Shown here: positions 41,787 through 51,421 of the stretch, one piece after another
Layout of the letters: each line of letters opens with the position of its first letter
Numbering within the stretch: position 1 is the first letter of the stretch
Assembly: GCA_039191605.1 (NCBI GenBank)
Contig: JBCCXL010000017.1
Coordinates: forward strand, 19,457-83,456
From: Acidobacteriota bacterium
GTDB lineage: Bacteria; Acidobacteriota; Thermoanaerobaculia; Multivoradales; JAHZIX01
Reading direction: 5' to 3'
Length of the DNA stretch: 64,000 bases
The notes under the pieces: model-generated
The model's input: only the letters and a program-made list of their open reading frames with translations
The model's database searches: none
Told to the model about the DNA's origin: nothing
Position numbers and translations under genes: made by a program

Positions 41787-42701
41787 ATGACTTCGAAGTC
41801 GCGTTCGCCCTGGATGCTTCGCTCTCTCGGTTCTCTCACTGTCGGCGCCTTCACCCTCGGCTTGATCCTGTGCTGCGGGGTGCCGGCGGAGGGCTCTCCG
41901 GAAGCTGCTGCCGAGGGGGATGGAGAATGGCGCACGGCGTCGATCTGGGACGACGGGCTCGCGGAATTCGCGGCCTATTCGGTGGACTGGTTCCACTACG
42001 GACGCTCTTATCCCGGGCGAGCCCTGTTGATCACCGTCAAGGAGCCCTGGGCTCCAGATCTGGAGGTCAAGGCCGACTACGCGCGGAAGGATGGCTTCGA
42101 GGTGCTGAAGCTGAATCACGTGCGCGACGTGGCGACGGGGATCTACACCTATCACCAGATGGGTAGCCTCTTCTGGCGTCGCGACGACGGTGAGCTGCGC
42201 AAGGCGGCCTTCACCAGCTCGGAGGCCTGCGGCATCACCACCGCGGAGGTGCTCGGAGGCCAGCTGGAGACCCGCTCCTACTTCGATGGTCAGGGGAACC
42301 GCAAGCAATCGCTGCCGGAGGGAGCCCTGCTGCGGGATGGTCTCGCCGTCAGTCTGCGCTCTTACGTCGATGCGGAGTCGGGGGAGGGAACCCTGAGCGT
42401 CTTTCCCACCCTGCTGGCGGCGCGGCTGCCGTCGTTGGAAGGCTACGAGGTCAAGCTCTCCCGCTCTCCTCGTCCGGGCTTCGAGACCGGCGCTGGGACC
42501 TTCGATGCGGTAGAGATCCGGCTCGAGGGAGCCTCGGGTACGGATTCCTACATCTTCGACGCCGCGGTGCCCCACCCTCTGCTGGAGCTTCGGCAGGCGG
42601 ACGGAACCACCTACCGTCTGGAGAAGATCGAGCGCCTGCCCTATTGGCAGATGAGCGCGCCGGGAGCCGAGCACTGGCTACCGGAAGGGGTTCGACACTG
42701 A
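41787..42701 (+). CDS. secreted hypothetical protein
   Basis: The N-terminus has a signal or TM segment (LGSLTVGAFTLGLILCCGVPA) and coding-like composition. It is preferred over the antisense ORF. Confidence 0.45.
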   Translation: MTSKSRSPWMLRSLGSLTVGAFTLGLILCCGVPAEGSPEAAAEGDGEWRTASIWDDGLAEFAAYSVDWFHYGRSYPGRALLITVKEPWAPDLEVKADYARKDGFEVLKLNHVRDVATGIYTYHQMGSLFWRRDDGELRKAAFTSSEACGITTAEVLGGQLETRSYFDGQGNRKQSLPEGALLRDGLAVSLRSYVDAESGEGTLSVFPTLLAARLPSLEGYEVKLSRSPRPGFETGAGTFDAVEIRLEGASGTDSYIFDAAVPHPLLELRQADGTTYRLEKIERLPYWQMSAPGAEHWLPEGVRH

Positions 42702-42724
42702 GCGCGGCGGCCCCCGCCCAAGCC

Positions 42725-43654
42725 TTGTCGGAGACCCTCTTCTACCTCAATCGACGGGCCGGGAGCGGCCGCGCCGCCGAGGTCTGGCGGCGCCTGGTCG
42801 CGGCGCGACCGGAGCTGGCTTCGGCTCGCTGTATTGACGCCCACGATCCACAGGCTGGCGCCGCGGCGCTGGAGTCCCATCTCTCTTCTGCCGAGCCCCC
42901 GGCCGGCGCCGGGAGGCGAGTGATCGCCATCGGCGGTGACGGCACCCTCCATTGGGTGATCCAGCGGCTGCTCGCCCAATCTCCCGGCTCTCGGCCGGCG
43001 GTGGGGATTGTCCCCGCCGGCACCGGCTCGGATTTCGCCCGCCATCTCGGTCTGCCGAAGGGGCCGGAGGCGGCTCTCCATCGCGCGCTGTCGGCGGCGC
43101 CGCGGCCCATCGACGTGATCGCCGCCGAGACCCTAGGTGAAGACGGCGCCGTGACGGGCTGCCGCTACGTCTTCAACGTCGCCTCCCTGGGGCTCTCAGG
43201 GATGGTGGCGGAGCGAGTCAACGCGATGGGGGATCGCGGGGCCTTTCCCTTCGTCCGGGCTACGGTGCACGGAATCCTGCGCTACCGTTCCCGCCGCTGC
43301 CGAATCCGCATTGATGGCGAGGATTCTTACGAGGGCGGACTCTTTCTCTTGGCGGTGGCCAACGCGCCCTACTTCGGCAAGGCGATGCACATCGCTCCCG
43401 GAGCTCAGATCGACGACGGCCTGCTGGACGTGGTGCTGATCGAGCCCCTGAGCCGCGCCGAGTCTCTGCTGCGGCTACCGCAGATCTTCTTTGGTGCCCA
43501 CGTGAGCTCGAAGAAAGTGCGCTGTCTTCGAGCCCGGACGGTAGAGGTCGAGCCGCTGGAGGCGATGCCCTCGCTGGAGCTCGACGGGGAGCTTTGGGAT
43601 CCGCCGCCGCTGCGCTTCCGGGTGCTGCCGCAGGCGGCGGCCTTCCTCTACTAG
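42725..43654 (+). CDS. diacylglycerol kinase-family lipid kinase (YegS/BmrU type)
   Basis: VIAIGGDGTLHWV is the GGDGT motif and a C-terminal accessory domain is present. A TTG start was chosen to avoid overlap. An alternative ATG lies at 42644. Confidence 0.75.
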   Translation: MSETLFYLNRRAGSGRAAEVWRRLVAARPELASARCIDAHDPQAGAAALESHLSSAEPPAGAGRRVIAIGGDGTLHWVIQRLLAQSPGSRPAVGIVPAGTGSDFARHLGLPKGPEAALHRALSAAPRPIDVIAAETLGEDGAVTGCRYVFNVASLGLSGMVAERVNAMGDRGAFPFVRATVHGILRYRSRRCRIRIDGEDSYEGGLFLLAVANAPYFGKAMHIAPGAQIDDGLLDVVLIEPLSRAESLLRLPQIFFGAHVSSKKVRCLRARTVEVEPLEAMPSLELDGELWDPPPLRFRVLPQAAAFLY

Positions 43655-44041
43655 CCCTCCTAGAGGGCCTAGGGAGCCGTTCTCAAGGCATAGGCAGCGA
43701 CCTGGTACTCCAGGGCCGAAAGGCGAAGCCATCGCCCGTGGGTCTGACGAGGCTGGATTCAGGACCCTGAGGCTTCCTTGGGGTAGAAGTGCGTTATGCT
43801 ATCGGCTGATTCAATCAGAGTCTAAAGCTATCTACCGGGCTTGCCCCGGCATCCCTTTCCCTGTCATTTCCTGAAGCTCGCCAACCGGCTCCACCCTACC
43901 GGGCATCCAGAGACCCATACGGATCATTCACGTCGCGTCGAACCGACCGCAACGCGGCCCCCCCGCTGCGCCGGGTCTCAGATCGGCAGCCCTGCCGCCG
44001 ATCCTTAAATAGCGAGGGGACGCAAGGAGGATTTCGAGACC

Positions 44042-44677
44042 ATGAAGAAATGTATCTTGTCCGCAGCGGCGCTTCTGCTGGCGGCGATGCTCTTGCCCGC
44101 GACGGCGGAGGCACAGTCGAGCTCTGAGAGCCGTCGTGGAGCCGACTCCGCCGAGGAGAGCTCGAAGGTCGCCCTCGGCATTGGCGTGGGTATCGTCAAG
44201 CCGGAGAGCGATTCCGATATGTACCTCACCGCGAGCCTTCGCTTCCGCATCGGCGAAGGCTGGGAAGACGAGGACGATCGCCGCAGCTACAACCGTCGCG
44301 GCGACCGCGGGATCCGCGGCTACCTGGAGCCCGAGATCGGCTACTGGAAGCAGGACGGGACGGCCAATCGACCGGACACTGAAGATCTGCTGCTCGGCGT
44401 CAATCTGCTGGGGGTGGTGCCGACCCGCAATGCCGAATATTTCATCGGCGTTGGCTTCGGCGTTCACTTCATCGACACTGAGTTCACTCCCGCGGATACC
44501 AGCTTCGAGGCGATCGACGACTCGGATACCGCCATCGGCGCGAACCTTCAGGTGGGCCTGGACGTCAACATCAGCCAGAACGTCGCTCTCTTCGGAGTCG
44601 GCCGCTTCGATCTGGTGGAGGACGTGCGGGATGAAACTCAGCTGAAGGTCTATGGCGGCCTGCGCTTCAAGTTCTGA
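44042..44677 (+). CDS. outer-membrane beta-barrel protein (OmpA-like / OMP_b-brl)
   Basis: Signal peptide, alternating amphipathic strands and a C-terminal GGLRFKF ending in Phe. An AAGGAGGA RBS is present. Confidence 0.7.
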   Translation: MKKCILSAAALLLAAMLLPATAEAQSSSESRRGADSAEESSKVALGIGVGIVKPESDSDMYLTASLRFRIGEGWEDEDDRRSYNRRGDRGIRGYLEPEIGYWKQDGTANRPDTEDLLLGVNLLGVVPTRNAEYFIGVGFGVHFIDTEFTPADTSFEAIDDSDTAIGANLQVGLDVNISQNVALFGVGRFDLVEDVRDETQLKVYGGLRFKF

Positions 44678-44815
44678 GGTGCTCGAGCCAGCGCTGCTGC
44701 ACCTTGCAGCGGATCAAGAAGAGCCCAGCATCCTTTAGGGAAGCTGGGCTCTTTTCGTTTTCGTAGTTTCGTTTCGCCTTTGTCGAGGCGCAGGGTGCTC
44801 GGTCAAGAGTCCTGA

Positions 44816-46544
44816 TCAGGAGTCGAGGATCAGCTCCGCATCCTCTTCCAGCGCTCCCCGCTGGTGCAGGTGGATCCAGTGGGCCTCCACCTGGCGGGTG
44901 GCCACCGGTACCACCTCCGGCGCTAGCCCTTCGTAGACCTGGGGCACCAGCTCGTCGAGTCGCCGGATGCCGGCGTTCCAGGCTTTGAGCACCAGATGCT
45001 CTCGCCACTGCCGGTGCCGCCGGGTCTCCCGCAGCCGCTGGCTGCCGTCGGTGGTCGGCGGGCCGTGGGAGGGGAAGAGAGTGCGCGGAGCGAGGTCTTC
45101 CATGCGCTGCAGGGAGGCGAGGTATTGGCCCATGTCTCCGTCCGGCGGATCGATGACGATGGTGCCGAGACCGGCGATGAGGTCTCCAGCCAGCAGAGAG
45201 CCGAAGGTCTCGTCGTAGAAGCAGAGATGCCCCGGAGCATGGCCGGGGGTGTGGAAGACTCGCACCGGGAAGGGGCGTTTTCCGCCGAGAACGACTCGAT
45301 CCCCTTCGTGCAGCAGCTCGTCCACCTCAAGGCCGACCCGCTGCAGCCGCTGGGCGGTGAGGGGATGGGCGGAGACCGGTAGATTGAAGCGAGTGCGCAG
45401 CGCCTGCACTCCGCCGACGTGATCTGGATTGTGGTGGGTGATCCAGATGCCCCGCAGGGTGATGCCGTGGTGTTCTTGGAGATCTTCCATCGCCGCGATC
45501 AGGGCATCGATCTCCCGCTCGAAGGGCGAGCCGGGGTCTACCAACACCGCTTCTTCCAGGCCCAGCACGAAGGCGTTGATGTGGGTCGCCGGGGGTAGGG
45601 TGGGGCAGAACAGGGGCAGGGTGACCACCCCTGGCCGCAGCTCGAAGCGACGGAAGGGGCCCAGGAGGGTCTCCCGGGGGTTGCGCAGTCGCTCGAGGCT
45701 CCTTTCCGGCGGGGTTTCCGCCAGCACCCGAAGGATATGGAGGATCGGTGGAGAGGTGATCACTTCTCCCGCCTCCCAGGCGGCCAGACCCTGGTGGGGT
45801 TCGATCCACTCCCCCTCCACCAGCTCGCCGCCGTCGACCTCCGGCTCGGCGTCCGCCTCGACTTCGAGGAGAAAGAAGCGATTGTCGAAGCGCACCGGCA
45901 TGAAGGGGGGAGTCATCCACCGTCCGGCGAAAATCAGTCGTCCAGCGTCGAGATGAATAGGCTCGAGATCCAGCCGGCGCAGCGCTTCCGGGAAGGCGAG
46001 GCGATCGGTCAGCAGCTGGCGCCGCACCTCCTCTCGCCGCCCCGCCTCGAGGGCGGGCGCAGAGGGCAGCAGGGGCAGCAGCCCGACCTCCTCGAAGAGC
46101 TCCCGCAGCGCCCCGACGGCGACCCCCGGAAGGGCGTCCGGCTCGGGGCTCTGCTCTCGCAGGTGAGAGCTCGGCTGGGTTTGGCCGGGGGGGATGAGGT
46201 CTAGCCCCTGGGGCTGGGCGCTGAGGGAGATCTCGGCGTCTTTGGCCTCCAGCCGTCCGCCGGGGAAGGCGTGCCAGCCACCCATGAAGCGCAGCCGCGG
46301 ATTACGGCGCACCCAGTAGACCTCCAAGGTGCCGTCGTCGCGCCTCCGCCAGGGCACCACCGCCGCTGAAGGACGGGTGCTGGGGGGCTTTTCCTTGATC
46401 GCCTCCCGAGCGCGGTCCAGCAGGCGTTCGTAGAGCGTGCGGCCGGCGGGGGTGGAGAGCTCCGAGGCCTGGCCGGCCCCCTGGGGAGAGGAAGAATCCA
46501 TCGCGTCAGCGGGGGCGGAAGGTCGCTTCTGGGTATCGCTCATG
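44816..46544 (-). CDS. NUDIX-like hydrolase domain fused to an MBL-fold metallo-hydrolase
   Basis: The N-terminal WHAFPGGRLE...ELFEEVGL has a NUDIX-box-like GX5EX7REUXEEXGU pattern. The C-terminal ITHHNPDHVGG (HxHxDH) and downstream His/Asp mark the MBL fold. Confidence 0.65.
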
Positions 46545-46818
46545 AGGGTGTTCGAGCAGCGGAAAAGGCTGCCGCGCCGTCGGGAACGGCGAAGAAATGA
46601 CCCTACCACGGGCCTGCCGTCGCGCCGGGAAGTGTCGATGCCGTGGCGGCCGGTGCTGTTGCGGTCGGTGCTTCTTCGGGGGATGGCTAAACCACAACGC
46701 CCCCGCCGGGGCGGGGGCGTTGGGAACCGGGGCTTTCCCCGGCCGCCGATGGCTCAATGACGATGCCTGTCAGTAGCTACATCGGTCAGGAGCCCTCTCG
46801 GTATGTAGCGACGGTCGT

Positions 46819-47745
46819 TCAGCGAGCTGCCGTGGCAGGAGCGGCCTCGATCAGCATCTCGGTGACGCCGCCGGCGGGGGTGCGCAGGAAGGTGGCGCTG
46901 CCCTTGACCTCGTCGTAGAGGCAGGCGATGACGCTCGTACCGGCGTCACAGCGATCTTCCAGGCTGGCGGCGAAGCGAGTCTGCCAGTCTTCGCATACGG
47001 TGGCGACGCGCTCGACGGTGGAGGCGCCGGAGCCCGGCACCAGGATCTCTTCCCGCAGGGCCTGGGCCACCAGCTCACCGGCCTGTCGCCCGCAGAGGTC
47101 CTCGGAGAGGTCGACGAAATAATCCGGATCGTCGTCCCCGGCCTCGTGGTGGCAGTAGTGATCGTAGAACTGGAACGAGGCGGCCATGGAGAGCAGACTG
47201 GCGACCTCACGGCCAAGATGCCAGCCGGCATCCTCGGTGGAGAGCAGAGCGCGGGCCGCCTGGCCCAGCTCCGAGTCCACCGCCGCCCCCTCCTGGGCGG
47301 GCTCCAGCAGCGCCCGGCTCCACAGCTCGGTGCTGTCCGCCAGGGCCTGGAGATCCTCGTGGCCCAGGGCGGAGCCGAGGCTGCGGGGAGTGCAGATGCC
47401 GTCACAGATGCCGCCGGCCCAGCCCGGCTCTTCCCAGATCACGTCGCAGCCGGTGCCGATGTTGCCGCTGGGTTTGTTGACCCGGAAGTTGCAGATGTCC
47501 TCGACGGTGAAGGAGCCGGGACCGTAATTGCAGCGATCCGCCGGCTTGCAGTCGCCGGAGAAGTAGCAGGTGCAGTTGGGCATATCCGGCCACACGCTAG
47601 CGTCCCAGCCGCGGGCGTTGCCGCCCTCGAACTCGTCGTCGAAGATGGTGGTTTGGGCCTGCGCCGGAGCGGCGAAGAAGGCGAACGAGGCCAGCGCCAA
47701 CAGGGCGATGGCAAAGCCAGTGAAGGCATATCGAGAGAGTTTCAT
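46819..47745 (-). CDS. secreted Cys-rich hypothetical protein
   Basis: Signal peptide AIALLALASFAFFAAPAQA and an N-terminal Cys-rich region (NCTCYFSGDCKPADRCNYGPG). Confidence 0.5.
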   Translation of the reverse strand: MKLSRYAFTGFAIALLALASFAFFAAPAQAQTTIFDDEFEGGNARGWDASVWPDMPNCTCYFSGDCKPADRCNYGPGSFTVEDICNFRVNKPSGNIGTGCDVIWEEPGWAGGICDGICTPRSLGSALGHEDLQALADSTELWSRALLEPAQEGAAVDSELGQAARALLSTEDAGWHLGREVASLLSMAASFQFYDHYCHHEAGDDDPDYFVDLSEDLCGRQAGELVAQALREEILVPGSGASTVERVATVCEDWQTRFAASLEDRCDAGTSVIACLYDEVKGSATFLRTPAGGVTEMLIEAAPATAAR

Positions 47746-47911
47746 TACGGGACTCCCCCCCTTTTTGGACAGAGACTAGATGGGATGGTCGACAGAATCG
47801 GTGCGTAATGCTAACACCCTTCGAAGCGGACTGTGCCTCGTCTAGCTCTCTAAGATCGAAAAATCTGCTTGAATGCGCAATTTGTAACCCGTCGACGCCC
47901 AGCGCCCTTGT

Positions 47912-48565
47912 TTATCGGCCCGGCTTAGGGCGTGAGATCGCAGTCGTGGTGGCCGCATTCGATGTCGTTGCAATAGCAGCAGGTGAACTTTGGCCCCACG
48001 CATTCTTCGCATTCCTCCCGCACATGCCTTCTAGGGCACAGGGGCTGCTGCTGCAGTGCTTGATGACCTTGTTGCGGATTTCGCTCGTAGGTGTGGCTGG
48101 CACACTGGGGTCGGAGAGACTGACCTCGAATTCAAATTGTCTCAGATCAGTCTTTGCGTCGGCGATGAGCTCGGCGTTCTCGCCGGTGAGGGTCCACACG
48201 GCGATTCGGTCATCGCTAGCCTGAGGCCATAGTCCTCCCAGGGAGGGAGCGCCGCCGGGCATGGTTGTCGTCACCACGGCGGTGCGCTGGGTCACTTCGG
48301 TGTCGCCTCGAAGCGTTTGGCCTTCCGAGGTCTTGGCGTAGTCGATACCCAATACCAGTGCCAGCAAGGTATGACTGGGTTCGGAGTAAATCTTGGCCCC
48401 GTGTTGGAAGGCCTCGCCGAATTCCAGGCGCAGCTGGAGATCCCCATTGGCGGAGCTCGAGCCGATCACGATTAGATCGGCCTCGGCGGTGGAGCCCTGA
48501 GCAGAGACGGGCACCGTGGCGAAGCTGAAGCATAGGAAAAGCGCGGCGGTGAGCTGATAGCGCAT
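47912..48565 (-). CDS. secreted hypothetical protein
   Basis: Signal peptide MRYQLTAALFLCFSFATVPVSAQ. The 3' end is uncertain. Confidence 0.35.
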   Translation of the reverse strand: MRYQLTAALFLCFSFATVPVSAQGSTAEADLIVIGSSSANGDLQLRLEFGEAFQHGAKIYSEPSHTLLALVLGIDYAKTSEGQTLRGDTEVTQRTAVVTTTMPGGAPSLGGLWPQASDDRIAVWTLTGENAELIADAKTDLRQFEFEVSLSDPSVPATPTSEIRNKVIKHCSSSPCALEGMCGRNAKNAWGQSSPAAIATTSNAATTTAISRPKPGR

Positions 48566-48645
48566 AGATTTGAGCCTCCTCTAAGACATTAGGCCAGCTA
48601 TTTATCAAAAATGGTAGCAGATGGTTTTTTTGGGGATGTACCTAG

Positions 48646-48685
48646 AGCAAAAAAGAAAACGCCGCGCCCCCGAAGGGAGCGCGGC
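48646..48685 (-). terminator. Rho-independent terminator downstream of the ornithine aminotransferase gene
   Basis: Hairpin GCCGCGC-(loop)-GCGCGGC, followed on the minus strand by TTTTCTTTTTTG. Confidence 0.6.
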
Positions 48686-48759
48686 ATTCTGAGTTGAGAC
48701 GTCGAGCGAGGCAAGGCGTCGAGCGAGTCGGCCGGATCAGCAGACCCTAGCTCAGCAGA

Positions 48760-50028
48760 TCAGACGGTGACCGGCTTGAGAACCTGGGTCTCCATGAGGT
48801 CGGTTTCGGCCTCCTCGGTGCTGCGGGCGAGGACGGAGATGATCTTCTCCAGCGCCCAGTCCAGCTCCTGACGGGTGATGGTGAGGGGCGGAGCGAGACG
48901 GATGACGTGCTCGTGGGTTTCCTTGCACAGGATGCCGTCCTGCTGCAGAGACTCGCAGAAGCGACGGGCGCCGCCGGCCTCGGCCTTGAGCTCGATGCCG
49001 ATCCACAGGCCCTTGCCGCGAATTTCGTGGACGTAGGGGCTGTCGATGGCCTTCAGGCGCTCGATGGCGTACTCGCCGAGGATGGCGGAGTTCTCGATCA
49101 TGCCTTCGTCTACCAGCGCCTGCATGGCGGCGCGGGCCACCGAGGCGGCGACGGGGTTGCCGCCGTAGGTGGAGCCGTGATCGCCGGGGTGGAAGACTCC
49201 CATCACCTCGTCGTCGGCGAGCATCGCCGAGACCGGGTAGAGGCCGCCGGAGAGGGCCTTGCCGATCACCACGATGTCCGGGCGAATGTTGGAGTGCTCG
49301 TAGCAGAAGAGCTTGCCGGTACGGCCCAGGCCGCTCTGGATCTCGTCGCAGATCAGCAGGGAGTTGTAGTCGTGGGTGAGCTGGCGCACTCGGGACAGGA
49401 AGTCGGTCTCCGGCACGATGATGCCGCCCTCGCCCTGGATCGGCTCCACCATCACCGCGGCGACGTTGGGGTGCATGGCGGCGGCCACCGCGTCAGCATC
49501 GCCGTAGGGCAGAATGCGAAAGCCCGGGGTGAAGGGGCCGAAGCCGCTCTTGTACTGCTCCTCCGAAGAGAAGCCCACAATGGTGGTGGTGCGGCCGTGG
49601 AAGTTGTTGTCGAAGACCAGGATCTCCGCCTGATCCTTCGGCACGCCCTTCACCGTGTAGGCCCACTTTCGGGCCGCCTTGATGGCGGTCTCCACCGCCT
49701 CGGCGCCGGTGTTCATGGGCAGCACCTTGTCGAAGCCGGTGAGCTGCGAGAGCTCCTTATAGAAGATGCCCAGCTGATCGTTGCGGAAGGCGCGGGAAGT
49801 CAGAGCCATGCGGCAGCTCTGCTCGATCATCACCTTCAGCAGGCGAGGGTGACAATGGCCCTGGTTCACCGCGGAGTAGGCGGCGAGACAGTCCATATAG
49901 CGTCGCCCTTCCACGTCCCAAACCCAAACCCCGTCGCCGCGAGTCAGGACGACGTCCAGCGGGTGATAGTTGTGGGCGCCGTAGCGATCTTCCAGAGCGA
50001 TGTAGTCGGCGGTGCTGTGGGCCTTCAT
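48760..50028 (-). CDS. rocD: ornithine--oxo-acid aminotransferase (class III PLP aminotransferase)
   Basis: HNYHPLDVVLTRGDGVWVWDVEGRRYMDCLAAYSAVNQGHCHP closely matches the OAT N-terminus. The PLP Lys context DIVVIGKALSGG is present. Start trimmed to MKAHST with a GGAGG RBS. Confidence 0.88.
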   Translation of the reverse strand: MKAHSTADYIALEDRYGAHNYHPLDVVLTRGDGVWVWDVEGRRYMDCLAAYSAVNQGHCHPRLLKVMIEQSCRMALTSRAFRNDQLGIFYKELSQLTGFDKVLPMNTGAEAVETAIKAARKWAYTVKGVPKDQAEILVFDNNFHGRTTTIVGFSSEEQYKSGFGPFTPGFRILPYGDADAVAAAMHPNVAAVMVEPIQGEGGIIVPETDFLSRVRQLTHDYNSLLICDEIQSGLGRTGKLFCYEHSNIRPDIVVIGKALSGGLYPVSAMLADDEVMGVFHPGDHGSTYGGNPVAASVARAAMQALVDEGMIENSAILGEYAIERLKAIDSPYVHEIRGKGLWIGIELKAEAGGARRFCESLQQDGILCKETHEHVIRLAPPLTITRQELDWALEKIISVLARSTEEAETDLMETQVLKPVTV

Positions 50029-50294
50029 GGGGGCTACCTCCGGTGGGATTTGTCGAGAATTCTCTCGAGAGGGTTCCTTCAACGGGCTCCGGCGGGGAGA
50101 AGATGAGGGCAGGGGAGGGCCGATGGACGGCCGAGGGAGTGTGCCGGAGGCGGGGTGTACGGTTAGCGCTGTTGATGACGCCGACCCAGGATCCTATACG
50201 TGCTGACCCCTCGGAAGATAGAGGTACCGGCGAAGGAAAGAGAAAGCCGGCAGGAATCCTCTGTTCGTATCCTCCGTAGTATGATCTGGAGGCT

Positions 50295-51377
50295 GTGATG
50301 AAGGACCCGAATACTCCCCCCGACCCCCTCGCCCCGCAGGACGCCCGTGACCCGGAAGCGGTCACCTCTGGAGCTCCCACCGCTGCTGGAGCCGACCCGG
50401 TCGTCGACCAGGCTGCCGAGGATGCCGCGGCCAGCGTGGCGCCAACCAGCAACGTGGCGACGGACAGCAGCGTGGCGGCGGGCGCCGCGGATGCGCAAAC
50501 CGTCATGACTCTGGAGGGCTCCCTGCAGCCGTCCGAGACAGGCTTCTCAGAGACAGACGCTGGGAACGCCGCGGTGGAAACCTCAGATCTAGCGGCGGAA
50601 GCTGAGTCTTTCGCAGCTTCGGGCGCCGCCTCGACGCCCGGGGTGCCGGTACCCATTCCGCCGACGCTGCGGGCGGTGAACTCCGCGACGGCGATCTGGC
50701 GGGACTGGATCGCCCCTTTGGTGATCATCCTCGCCCTGGTGCTCTCTTTCCGCTCCGCGCTGGCGGACTGGAACGACGTGCCCACCGGCTCGATGCTGCC
50801 GACGATCATCGAGGGCGACCGGATCTACGTCAACAAATTGGCCTATAGCCTGCGCTTCCCCCTCTCCACCGTGCATTTGGTGAGCTGGGATGGTCCTGAG
50901 CGGGGAGACATCATCGTCTTTCTCTCGCCGGAAGACCGCAAGCGGCTGGTCAAGCGGGTGGTGGGCGTGCCCGGGGACGTCATCGAGCTGCAGGACAACC
51001 GGCTGATCCTCAACGGCGAGCCGGTGACCTACGATCACCTGGACGAAACGATTTACCACACCGAGACCGTCGAGCGCCTGGAGCGCCTCAACGTGCTGCT
51101 GTGGCAGGAAGATCTCGGGGACCGTAACCACGCGGTGGCCTTGCAGCCCTTCCCCCGGGCCTCGGTGCTGAGCGATACCTTCGGCCCGGTAGAAGTGCCC
51201 GAAAACGAATATTTCGTCATGGGCGATAACCGAGACGTCAGCCGTGATTCCCGATTCTTCGGCACCGTCGATCGCTCCCTGATTCTCGGCGAGGCGACGG
51301 CGGTGATGTTCTCGAACCCGCCCGCCGATCCCTTCTACTCGATGCGCGGCGATCGTTGGTTCGTCTCCCTCGACTGA
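50295..51377 (+). CDS. lepB: signal peptidase I with a long acidic N-terminal extension
   Basis: A TM segment, then GSMLPTI (catalytic Ser), KRVVGVPGD (Lys) and GDNRDVSRDSRFFG (box E). Confidence 0.85.
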   Translation: MMKDPNTPPDPLAPQDARDPEAVTSGAPTAAGADPVVDQAAEDAAASVAPTSNVATDSSVAAGAADAQTVMTLEGSLQPSETGFSETDAGNAAVETSDLAAEAESFAASGAASTPGVPVPIPPTLRAVNSATAIWRDWIAPLVIILALVLSFRSALADWNDVPTGSMLPTIIEGDRIYVNKLAYSLRFPLSTVHLVSWDGPERGDIIVFLSPEDRKRLVKRVVGVPGDVIELQDNRLILNGEPVTYDHLDETIYHTETVERLERLNVLLWQEDLGDRNHAVALQPFPRASVLSDTFGPVEVPENEYFVMGDNRDVSRDSRFFGTVDRSLILGEATAVMFSNPPADPFYSMRGDRWFVSLD

Positions 51378-51421
51378 TCGCGCGGGCGAGGTGATGCCCT
51401 CCCGGCAGGGGCTGCGGCACT

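Noticed and set aside
41646-42674. The N-terminal 340 codons of the 507-aa minus-strand ORF
   Set aside because: Only the C-terminal 164 codons form a plausible lipoprotein with a lipobox. The upstream part overlaps a better plus-strand secreted-protein ORF.
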